A stretch of 64,000 nt of DNA from Nitrospirales bacterium (lineage in GTDB: Bacteria; Nitrospirota; Nitrospiria; Nitrospirales; UBA8639): assembly GCA_963422365.1 (NCBI GenBank), contig OY729426.1, forward strand, positions 32,001-96,000, given 5' to 3'. The notes below the pieces were generated by a model. It searched no databases, was not told the origin of the DNA, and was given only the letters and a program-made list of their open reading frames with translations. Of the stretch, positions 1 through 11,830 are shown piece after piece (within the stretch, counting starts at the first letter, position 1; every line of letters begins with the position of its first letter). A program made the position numbers and the translations under genes.

Positions 1-3000
1 GAGGCCCGTGCCCGTCACATCAATGTTACCCGTGGCCGTCACCGCGGCCAGCGACACCGCGCCACCCGTCACCGTGAGGCTCGCCACCGCGGTGGTGCCA
101 CCCACTGCCCCGGCCAGTGTGATCGTGCCGGTATCCGCATCCAGCACCAGCACCTGCCCGCCGTCGATCGTCGACGTGAACCGGATGTCGCCATCCGTGC
201 CGTCGGCGTTGGCGTCACTGTTGACCCACACGAAGTAGGCTAACGTCACCGGGCCGGTGAAGGTGATGTTGCCGTCGTCACTGCGGTACGCCCCTGCCAG
301 CGTGATGCCCGCGATACCCCTCACATCAACAGCCCCAGTCGCCGTCACCGCGGCCAGCTCCACCGCGCCACCCCTCACCGTGAGGCTCGCCACCGCGGTG
401 GTGCCACCCACCGCCCCGGCCAGCGTGATCGCGCCGGTATCCGCATCCAGCACCAGCGCATACCCGCCGTCGATCGTCGACGTGAACCGGATGTCGCCAT
501 CCGTGCCGTCGGCGTTGGCGTCACTGTTGACCGTCACGGCCCCGGCTAACGTCACCGGGCCGGTGAAGGTCACGTTGCCGTCGCTCGAGAGCACGTTTCC
601 CGCCAGCGTGATGCCCGTGCCCGTCACCGCAATGTCGCCCGTCGCCGTCACCGCGGCCAGCGCCACCGCGCCCGAGGTCGTCACCGTGAGGCTCGCCACC
701 TGGGTGGTGCCACCCACCGCCCCGGCCAGCGTGATCGCGCCGGTATCCGCGTCCAGGCTTAGCGCATACCCACCGTCGATGGTCGACGTGAACCGGATGT
801 CGCCGTCCGTGCCGTCGTAGTTGGCGTCACTGTTGACCGTCACGGCCCCGGCTAACGTCACCGGGCCGGTGAAGGTCACGTTGCCGTCGTTCGAGAGCAC
901 GTTTCCCGCCAGCGTGATGCCCGTGCCCGTCACCGCCACGGCACCCGTCGCCGTCACCGCGGCCAGCGCCACCGCGCCCGAGGTCGTCACCGTGAGGCTC
1001 GCCACCGCGGTGGTGCCACCCACCACCCCGGCCAGCGTGATCGCGCCGGTATCCGCATCCAGGCTCAACGCATACCCGCCGTCGATCGTCGACGTGAACC
1101 GGATGTCGCCGTCCGTGCCGTCGGCGTTGGCGTCACTGTTGACCGTCACGGCCCCGGCTAACGTCACCGGGCCGGTGAAGATGACGTTACCATCGTCACT
1201 GCGGTACGCCCCCGCCAGCGTGATGCCCGTGGTGCCCGTCACATCAATGTTGCCCGTCGCCGTCACCGCGGCCAGCGACACCGCGCCACCCGCCACCGTG
1301 AGGCTCGCCACCGGGGTAGTGCCACCCGCCGCCCCAGCCAGCGTGACCGCGCCGGTATCCGCGTCCAGCGTCAGCGCCTGCCCACCGTCGATCGTCGACG
1401 CAAACCGGATGTCGCCGTCCGTGCCGTCGCCGTTGGCGTCACTGTTGACCGTCACGGCCCCGGCTAACGTCACCGGGCCGGTGAAGATGACGTTGCCTTC
1501 GTCACTGCGGTACACCCCGGCCAGCGTGATGCCCGTGCCCGTCACCGCCACGGCGCCCGTCGCCGTCACCGCGGCCAGCGACACCGCGCCACCCGTCACC
1601 GTGAGGCTCGCCACCGGGGTGGTGCCACCCACCGCCCCGGCCAGCGTGATCGCGCCGGTATCCGCATCCAGCCTCAACGCATACCCACCGTCGATGGTCG
1701 ACGTAAACTCAATGTCGCCGTCCGTGCTGTCGTCGTCGGCGTCACTGTTGACCGTCACGGCCCCGGCTAACGTCACCGGGCCGGTGAAGGTGATATTGCC
1801 GTCGTCACTGCGGTACGCCCCCGCCAGCGTGATGCCCGTGGTGCCCGTCACATCAATGTTGCCCGTCGCCGTCACCTCGGCCAGCGACACCGCGCCACCC
1901 GCCACCGTGAGGCTCGTCACCTCTACCGCCCCGGCCAGCGTGATGCCCGTGCCCGTCACCTCCACGTCGCCCGTCGCCGTCACCGCGGCCAGCGACACCG
2001 CGCCACCCGCCACCGTGAGGCTCGTCACCGGGGTGGTGCCACCCACCGCCCCAGCCAATGTGATCGCGCCGGTATCCGCATCCAGGCTCAACGCATACCC
2101 CCCGTCGATGGTCGACGTGAACTCAATGTCGCCGTCCGTGCCGTCGTCGTTGGCGTCACTGTTGACCGTCACGGCCCCGGCTAACGTCACCGGGCCAGTG
2201 AAGGTGATAGTGCCGTCGTCACTGCGGTACATCCCCGCCAGCGTGATGCCCGTGGTGCCCGTCACCGCAATATCGCCCGTCGCTGTCACCGCGGCCAGCG
2301 ACACCGCGCCACCCGTCACCGTGAGGCTCGTTACCTCTACCGCCCCGGCCAGCGTGATGCCCGTGCCCGTCACCTCCATGTCGCCCGTCGCCGTCACCGC
2401 GGCCAGCGACACCGCGCCACCCGCCACCGTGAGGCTCGTCACCGGGGTAGTGTCACCCACCGCCCCGGCCAGCCGGATCGTGCCGGTATCCGCATCCAGC
2501 GTCAGCGCCTGCCCGCCATTGATCGACGACGTGAACTCAATGTCGCCGTCCGTGCCGTCGTCGTTGGCGTCACTGTTGACCGTCACGGCCCCGGCTAACG
2601 TCACCGGGCCGGTGAAGGTGATATTGCCGTCGTCACTGCGGTACGCCCCTTCCAGCGTGATGCCCGTGCCCGTCACATCAATGCTGCCCGTCGCCGTCAC
2701 CGCGGCCAGCGACACCGCGCCACCCGTCACCGTGAGGCTCACCACCGGGATGGTGCCACCCACCGCCCCGGCCAGCGTGATCTCACCGGTATCCGCATCC
2801 AGCGTCAGCGCCTGCCCGCCATTGATCGACGACGTAAACTCAATGTCGCCGTCCGTGCCGTCGTCGTCGGCGTCACTGTCCACCTGCACGGCCCCGGCTA
2901 ACGTCACCGGGCCAGTGAAGGTGATATTGCCATCGTCACTGTTGTACTGCCCTGCCAGCCGGATCGTGCTGCCCGTCACCGCCACGGCGCCCGTCGCCCT

Positions 3001-6000
3001 CACCCTGGCCAGCGACACCGCGCCACCCCTCACCGTGAGGCTCGTCACCGGGGTAGCGCCACCCACCGCCCCGGCCAGCGTGATCGCGCCGGTATCCGCG
3101 TCCAGCGTCAGCGCCTGCCCGCCTTCAATGGTCGACGTGAACCGGATGGCCCCGTCCGCACCGCTGTTGTTTTGGTCACTGTTGACCGTCACGGCCCCGG
3201 CTAACGTCACCGGGCCGTCGAAGGTGATGTTGCCGTCGTTCGAGAGCACGTCTCCTGCCAGCCTGATGCCCGCGATCCCCCTCACATCAACAGCCCCAGT
3301 CGCCGTCACCGCGGCCAGCGACACCGCGCGACCCGTCACCGTGAGGCTCGCCACCGCGGTAATGCCACCCACCGCCCCGGCCAGTGCGATCTCGCCGGTA
3401 TCCGCGTCCAGCGTCAGCGCATACCCCCCGTCGATCGTCGACGTGAACCGGACCCCGTCCGTGCTGTCCGGGGCGGCGGCGTCACTGTTGACCGTCACGG
3501 CCCCGGCTAACGTCACCGGGCCGGTGAAGGTGATATTGCCGTCGTCACTGCGGTACGCCCCCGCCAGCGTGAGGCCCGTGCCCGTCACCGCCATGTCGCC
3601 CGTCGCCGTCACCGCAGCCAGCGACACCGCGCCACCCGTCACCGTGAGGCTCACCACCGGGGTGGTGCCACCCACCGCCCCGCCCAGCGTGATCGCGCCG
3701 GTATCCGCGTCCAGCGTCAGCGCATACCCACCGTCGATCGTCGACGTGAACTCAATATCGCCGGCTGTGCCGTCGCCGTCGTCGTCACTGTTGACCGTCA
3801 CGTCCCCGGCTAAGGTCACCGGGCCGGTGAAGGTCACGTTGCCGTCGTCACTGCGGTACGCCCCGGCCAGCCTGATACCCGTGCCCGTCACATCAATGTC
3901 GCCCGTCGCCGTCACCGCGGCCAGCGACACCGCGCCACCCGCCACCGTGAGGCTCGTCACCGGGGTAGTGCCACCCACCGCCCCGGCCAGCCGGATCGCG
4001 CCGGTATCCGAGTCCAGGCCAAGCGCATACCCACCGTCGATCGTCGACGTGAACCGGATGACCCCGGCCGTGCTGTCGTCGTTGGCGTCACTGTTGACCG
4101 TCACGTCCCCGGCTAACGTCACCGGGCCGGTGAAGGTGATGTTGCCGTCGTTACTCTGGTACACACCCGCCAGGGTGATGCCTGTAGCCGTCACCGCCAC
4201 GTCGCCCATCGCCGTCACCGCGGGCAGCACCACCACCGCGCCAGAGGTCGTCACCGTGAGGCTCGCCACCGCGGTAATGCCACCCACCGCCCCGCCCAGC
4301 GTGATCGCGCCGGTATCCGCATCCAAGCTCAGCGCATGCCCGCCGTTGATCGACGACGTGAACTCAATGTCGCCGTCCGTGCCGTCGGCGTCGGCGTCAC
4401 TGTTGACCCGCACAGCCCCGGCTAACGTCACCATGAAGTAGCCGGTGAAGGTAATATTGCCGTCGTCACTCTGGTACACCCCCGCCAGCCTGATGCTCGT
4501 CCCCGTCACATCAATGTCGCCCGTCGCCGCCACCGCGGCCAGCGCCACCGTTTCCCTGGTCACCACTGTGAGGCTCGCCACCGCGGTGGTGCCACCCACC
4601 GCCCCGGCCAGCGTGATCGCGCCGGTATCCGCGTCCAGCGTCAGCGCATACCCACCGTCGATGGTCGATGTAAACTCAATGGCCCCGTCCGTGCTGTCGT
4701 CATTGGCGTCACTGTTGACCGTCACAGCCCCGGCTAACGTCACCGGGCCGGTGAAGGTGATATTGCCATCGTTCGAGAGCACGTCTCCCGCCAGCGTGAT
4801 GCCCGTCCCCGTCACCGCAATGTTGCCCGTCGCCGTCACCGCGACCAGCGACACCGCGCCACCCGCCAGCGTGAGGCTCGTCACAGGGGTAGTGCTACCC
4901 ACCGCCCCGGCCAGCGTGATCGCGCCGGTATCCGCATCCAGGCTCAGCACATACCCACCGTCGATGGTCGATGTAAACTCAATGTCGCCGTCCGTACTGT
5001 CGTCATTGGCGTCACTGTTGACCCGCACGGCCCCGGCTAACGTCACCGGGCCGGTGAAGGTAATAGTGCCGTCGCTCGAGAACACGTTTCCCGCCAGCGT
5101 GATGCCCGTGCCCGTCACCGCAATGTCGCCCGTCGCCGCCACCGCGGCCAGCGACACCGCACCACCCGTCACCGTGAGGCTCGTTACCGGGGTAGTGCCA
5201 CCCACCGCCCTGGCCAGCGTGATCGCGCCGGTATCCGCGTCCAGCGTCAGCGCATACCCACCGTCGATGGTCGACGTAAACTCAATGTCGCCGTCCGTGC
5301 TGTCGTCATTGGCGTCACTGTTGACCGTCACGGCCCCGGCTAACGTCACCGGGCCAGTGAAGGTGATGTGGCCGTCGTTCGAGAGCACGTCTCCCGCCAG
5401 CGTGATGCCCATGCCCCTCACATCAATGTTGCGCGTCGCCCTCACCGCCGCCAGCGACACCGCACCACCCCTCACCACCTTCAGGCTCGTCACCGGGGTC
5501 GTACCACCCACCGTCCCGGCCAGCGTGATCGCGCCGTCATCCGCGTCCAGGCCCAGCACATACCCGCCGTTGATGGTCGACGTGAACTCAATATCGCCGT
5601 CCGTGTCGTCGTTGTCGGCGTTACTGTCCACCCACACGAAGTTGGCTAACGTCACCGGGCCGGTGAAGGTGATGTTGCCGTCGTTCGAGAACACGTTTCC
5701 CGCCAGCGTGATGCCCGTGCCCGTCACCGCAATGTCGCCCGTCGCCGACACCGCGGGCAGCGACACCGCGCCCCGGGTCGCCACCTTCAGGCTCGTCACC
5801 GGGGTGGTGCCACCCACCGCGCCGACCAGCGTGATCGCGCCGGTATCCGCGTCCAGGCTTAGCGCATACCCGCCGTCGATGGTCGACGTGAACTCAATAT
5901 CGCCGTCCGTGCCGTCGTCGTCGGCGTCACTGTCCACCCGCACGTCCCCGGCTAACGTCACCGGGCCGGTGAAGGTGATGTCGTCGCCGTCGTCACTCTG

Positions 6001-9000
6001 GTACGCCCCCGCCAGCGTGATCGTGCCGCCCCTCACATCAATGTTGCCTATCACCGTCACCGCGGGCAGCGACACCGCGCCCCGGGTCGCCACCTTCAGG
6101 CTCGTCACCGGGGTGGTGCCACCCACCGCGCCGACCAGCGTGATCGCGCCGGTATCCGCATCCAAGCTCAGCGCATGCCCGCCGTTGATCGACGACGTGA
6201 ACTCAATGGCCCCGTCCGTGCCGTCGTTGTCGGCGTCACTGTCCACCCGCACGGCCCAGTCTAACGTCACCGGGCCGGTGAAGGTCACGTTGCCGTCATC
6301 ACTGCGGTAATTCCTGCCCAGCGTGATGCCCCTGCCCCTCACATCAATGTTGCCCGTCGCCTTCACCGAGGAGGACAGCGCCACCGCGCCACCTGTCACC
6401 GTGAGGCTCGTCACCGCGGTGGTGCCACCCACCGTCCTGTCCAGCGTGATCGCGCCGGTATCCGCATCCAGCGTCAGCGCCTGCCCGCCGTCAATGGTCG
6501 ACGTGAACCGGATGGCCCCGTCCGCACCGCTGTTGTTTTGGTCACTGTTGACCGTCACGGCCCCGGCTAACGTCACCGGGCCAGTGAAGGTGATGTTGCC
6601 GTCGTTCGAGAGCACGTTTCCTGCCAGCGTGATGCCCGTGCCGCCCTTCACCTCAATGTTGCCCGTGGCCGTCACCGCGGCCAGCGACACCGAGACACCC
6701 CTCACCGCCACGCCCCCCGTGGCCGTCACCGCGGCCAGCGACACCGAGACACCCCTCACCGTGAGGCTCGTCACCGGGGTGGTGCCACCCACCGCCCCGG
6801 CCAGTGTGATCGTGCCGTCATCCGCCTCCAGCGTCAGATCGCGCCCGCCGTCGATGGTCGACGTGAACCGGATGTTACCATCCGTGACGTCGTTGTCGGC
6901 GTCACTGTTCACCCACACGGACCAGTCTAACGTCACCGGGCCGGTGAAGGTGATAGTGCCGTCGTTACTGCGGTACACCCCTTCCAGCGTGATGCCCGTG
7001 GTGCCCGTCACATCAATGTTGCCCGTCGCCCTCACCGCGACCAGCGACACCACACCACCCCTCACCGTGAGGCTCGCCACCAGGGCGGTACTACCCACCA
7101 CCTCGTCCAGCGTGATCGCGCCGGTATCCGCGTCCAGCGTCAGCGCATACGCACCGTCGATGGTCGACGTGAACTCAATGTCGCCGGCCGTGCCGTCGGC
7201 GTCGGCGTCACTGTCCACCCGCACGGCCCCGGCTAACGTCACCGGGCCGGTAAAGGTGATGTTGCCGTCGTCACTGCGGTACGCCCCCGCCAGCGTGATG
7301 CCCGTGCCCGTCACCGCCACGGCCCCCGTCGCCGACACCGCGGCCAGCGCCACCGCGCCCGAGGTCGTCACCGTGAGGCTCGCCACCGGGGTGCCACCCA
7401 CCGCCCCGGCCAGTGTGATCGCGCCGGTATCCGCGTCCAGGCTCAGCGCATACGCACCGTTGATGGTCGACGTGAACCGGATGTTACCATCCGCACCGCT
7501 GTCGTTTTGGTCACTGTTGACCGTCACGGCCCCGGCTAACGTCACCGGGCCGGTAAAGGTGATGTTGCCGTCGTCACTGCGGTACGCCCCCGCCAGCGTG
7601 ATGCCCGTGCCCGTCACCGCAATGTCGCCCGTCGCCGTCACCGCGGCCAGCGACACCGCGCCACCCGTCACCGTGAGGCTCGCCACCGGGGTGCCACCCA
7701 CCGCCCCGGCCAGTGTGATCGCGCCGGTATCCGCGTCCAGGCTCAGCGCATACGCACCGTTGATGGTCGACGTGAACCGGATGGCCCCGGCTGTGCCGCT
7801 GTCGTTTTGGTCACTGTTGACCGTCACGGCCCCGGCTAACGTCACCGGGCCGGTAAAGGTGATGTTGCCGTCGTCACTGCGGTACGCCCCCGCCAGCGTG
7901 ATGCCCGCGCTAGCCGTCACCGCCACGGCCCCCGTCGCCGACACCTCGGGCAGCACCACCCCCGCCGAGCCCGAGGTCGTCACCGTGAGGCTCGCCACCG
8001 GGGTGCCACCCACCGCCCCGGCCAGTGTGATCGCGCCGGTATCCGCGTCCAGGCTCAGCGCATACGCACCGTTGATGGTCGACGTGAACCGGATGGCCCC
8101 GTCCGCACCGCTGTCGTTTTGGTCACTGTTGACCGTCACGGCCCCGGCTAACGTCACCGGGCCGGTAAAGGTGATGTTGCCGTCGTCACTGCGGTACGCC
8201 CCCGCCAGCGTGATGCCCGTGCCCGTCACCGCAATGTTGCCCGTCGCCGTCACCGCGGCCAGCGACACCGCGCCCGAGGTCGTCACCGTGAGGCTCGCCA
8301 CCGGGGTGCCACCCACCGCCCCGGCCAGTGTGATCGCGCCGGTATCCGCGTCCAGGCTCAGCGCATACGCACCGTTGATGGTCGACGTGAACCGGATGGC
8401 CCCGTCCGCACCGCTGTCGTTTTGGTCACTGTTGACCGTCACGGCCCCGGCTAACGTCACCGGGCCGGTAAAGGTGATGTTGCCGTCGTCACTGCGGTAC
8501 GCCCCCGCCAGCGTGATGCCCGTGCCCGTCACCGCAATGTTGCCCGTCGCCGTCACCGCGGCCAGCGACACCGCGCCCGAGGTCGTCACCGTGAGGCTCG
8601 CCACCGGGGTGCCACCCACCGCCCCGGCCAGTGTGATCGCGCCGGTATCCGCGTCCAGGCTCAGCGCATACGCACCGTTGATGGTCGACGTGAACCGGAT
8701 GTTACCATCCGCACCGCTGTCGTTTTGGTCACTGTTGACCGTCACGGCCCCGGCTAACGTCACCGGGCCGGTAAAGGTGATGTTGCCGTCGTCACTGCGG
8801 TACGCCCCCGCCAGCGTGATGCCCGTGCCCGTCACCGCAATGTCGCCCGTCGCCGTCACCGCGGCCAGCGACACCGCGCCACCCGTCACCGTGAGGCTCG
8901 CCACCGGGGTGCCACCCACCGCCCCGGCCAGTGTGATCGCGCCGGTATCCGCGTCCAGGCTCAGCGCATACGCACCGTTGATGGTCGACGTGAACCGGAT

Positions 9001-11830
9001 GGCCCCGGCTGTGCCGCTGTCGTTTTGGTCACTGTTGACCGTCACGGCCCCGGCTAACGTCACCGGGCCGGTAAAGGTGATGTTGCCGTCGTCACTGCGG
9101 TACGCCCCCGCCAGCGTGATGCCCGTGCCCGTCACCGCAATGTTGCCCGTCGCCGTCACCGCGGCCAGCGACACCGCGCCCGAGGTCGTCACCGTGAGGC
9201 TCGCCACCGGGGTACCACCCACCGCCCCGGCCAGTGTGATCGCGCCGGTATCCGCGTCCAGGCTCAGCGCATACGCACCGTTGATGGTCGACGTGAACCG
9301 GATGTTACCATCCGCACCGCTGTCGTTTTGGTCACTGTTGACCGTCACGGCCCCGGCTAACGTCACCGGGCCGGTAAAGGTGATGTTGCCGTCGTCACTG
9401 CGGTACGCCCCCGCCAGCGTGATGCCCGTGCCCGTCACCGCAATGTCGCCCGTCGCCGTCACCGCGGCCAGCGACACCGCGCCACCCGTGAGACCGTGAG
9501 GCTCGCCACCGGGGTGCCACCCACCGCCCCGGCCAGTGTGATCGCGCCGGTATCCGCGTCCAGGCTCAGCGCATACGCACCGTTGATGGTCGACGTGAAC
9601 CGGATGGCCCCGGCTGTGCCGCTGTCGTTTTGGTCACTGTTGACCGTCACGGCCCCGGCTAACGTCACCGGGCCGGTAAAGGTGATGTTGCCGTCGTCAC
9701 TGCGGTACGCCCCCGCCAGCGTGATGCCCGTGCCCGTCACCGCAATGTTGCCCGTCGCCGTCACCGCGGCCAGCGACACCGCGCCACCCGTCACCGTGAG
9801 GCTCGCCACCGGGGTACCACCCACCGCCCCGGCCAGTGTGATCGCGCCGGTATCCGCGTCCAGGCTCAGCGCATACGCACCGTTGATGGTCGACGTGAAC
9901 CGGATGTTACCATCCGCACCGCTGTCGTTTTGGTCACTGTTGACCGTCACGGCCCCGGCTAACGTCACCGGGCCGGTAAAGGTGATGTTGCCGTCGTCAC
10001 TGCGGTACGCCCCCGCCAGCGTGATGCCCGTGCCCGTCACCGCAATGTCGCCCGTCGCCGTCACCGCGGCCAGCGACACCGCGCCACCCGTCACCGTGAG
10101 GCTCGCCACCGGGGTGCCACCCACCGCCCCGGCCAGTGTGATCGCGCCGGTATCCGCGTCCAGGCTCAGCGTCTGCCCGCCGTCAATGGTCGACGTGAAC
10201 CGGATGGCCCCGGCTGTGCCGCTGTCGTTTTGGTCACTGTTGACCGTCACGGCCCCGGCTAACGTCACCGGGCCGGTAAAGGTGATGTTGCCGTCGTCAC
10301 TGCGGTACGCCCCCGCCAGCGTGATGCCCGTGCCCGTCACCGCAATGTTGCCCGTCGCCGTCACCGCGGCCAGCGACACCGCGCCACCCGTCACCGTGAG
10401 GCTCGCCACCGGGGTACCACCCACCGCCCCGGCCAGTGTGATCGCGCCGGTATCCGCGTCCAGGCTCAGCGCATACGCACCGTTGATGGTCGACGTGAAC
10501 CGGATGTTACCATCCGCACCGCTGTCGTTTTGGTCACTGTTGACCGTCACGGCCCCGGCTAACGTCACCGGGCCGGTAAAGGTGATGTTGCCGTCGTCAC
10601 TGCGGTACGCCCCCGCCAGCGTGATGCCCGTGCCCGTCACCGCAATGTCGCCCGTCGCCGTCACCGCGGCCAGCGACACCGCGCCACCCGTCACCGTGAG
10701 GCTCGCCACCGGGGTGCCACCCACCGCCCCGGCCAGTGTGATCGCGCCGGTATCCGCGTCCAGGCTCAGCGTCTGCCCGCCGTCAATGGTCGACGTGAAC
10801 CGGATGGCCCCGGCTGTGCCGCTGTCGTTTTGGTCACTGTTGACCGTCACGGCCCCGGCTAACGTCACCGGGCCGGTAAAGGTGATGTTGCCGTCGTTCG
10901 AGAGCACGTTTCCCGCCAGGGTGATGCCCGTGCCCCTCACATCAATGTTGCCCGTCGCCGCCACTGCGACCAGCGACACCGCGCCACCCAACACCGTGAG
11001 GCTCGTCACCGGGGTAGTGTCACCCACCGCCCCGTCCAGCGTGATCGCGCCGGTATCCGCGTCCAGGCTCAGCGCCTGCCCGCCGTCGATGGTCGACGTG
11101 AACTCAATGTCGCCGGCCGTGCCGTCGCCGTCGTCGTCACTACTGACGTACACTTCCCCAGCTAACGTCACCGGGCCGGTGAAGGTGATGTTACCATCGT
11201 CACTGCTGTATGCCCCTGCCAGCGTGATACCCCTAGCCGTCACCGCCACGGCCCCCGTCGCCGACACCGCGGGCAGCACCACCACCGCGCCCGAGGTTGT
11301 CACCGTGAGGCTCGCCACCGGGGTGGTGCCACCCACCTCCCCGCCCAGCGTGATCGCGCCGGTATCCGCGTCCAACTCCAGCGCCTGCCCGCCGTCGATG
11401 GTCGACGTGAACTCAATGGCCCCGTCCGTGTTGTCGTCGTCGGCGTCACTGTCCACCCGCACGTCCCAGCGTAACGTCACCGGGCCGGTGAAGGTCACGT
11501 TGCCGTCGTTCGAGAGCACGTCCCCTGCCAGCGTGATGCCCGTGCCCGTCACCGCCACGGCCCCCGTCGCCGACACCGCGACCAGCGACACCGCGCCACC
11601 CGTCACCGTGAGGCTCGTCACCTCTGTCGTCCTGACACCCACCGCCCCGTCCAGCGTGATCGCGCCGGTATCCGCGTCCAGCGTCAGCGCCTGCCCGCCG
11701 TCGATGGTCGACGTGAACTCAATGGCCCCGTCCGTGTTGTCGTCGTCGGCGTCACTGTCCACCCGCACGTCCCCGGTTAACGTCACCGGGCCGGTGAAGG
11801 TGATGTTGCCGTCGCTCGTTGCAATGTCTG
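1..11830. repeat. Intragenic tandem array of ~300-bp (~100-aa) repeats, about 38 units
   Basis: The anchor 'taacgtcaccgggcc' recurs about every 300 bp from 241 to ~11776. Consensus: ITFTGPVTLAGAVTVNSDxxDxGTDGDIxFTSTIDGGYALSLDADTGAITLAGAVGGTTPVASLTVTGGAVSLAAVTATGDIxVTGTGITLAGAYRSDDGN. Confidence 0.95.

Noticed and set aside
1..11830. Repeat array as a CRISPR array or DGR template/variable repeats
   Set aside because: Units are 300-bp in-frame coding repeats without spacers; no cas or reverse transcriptase gene is in the window, and I saw no adenine-specific substitution pattern.
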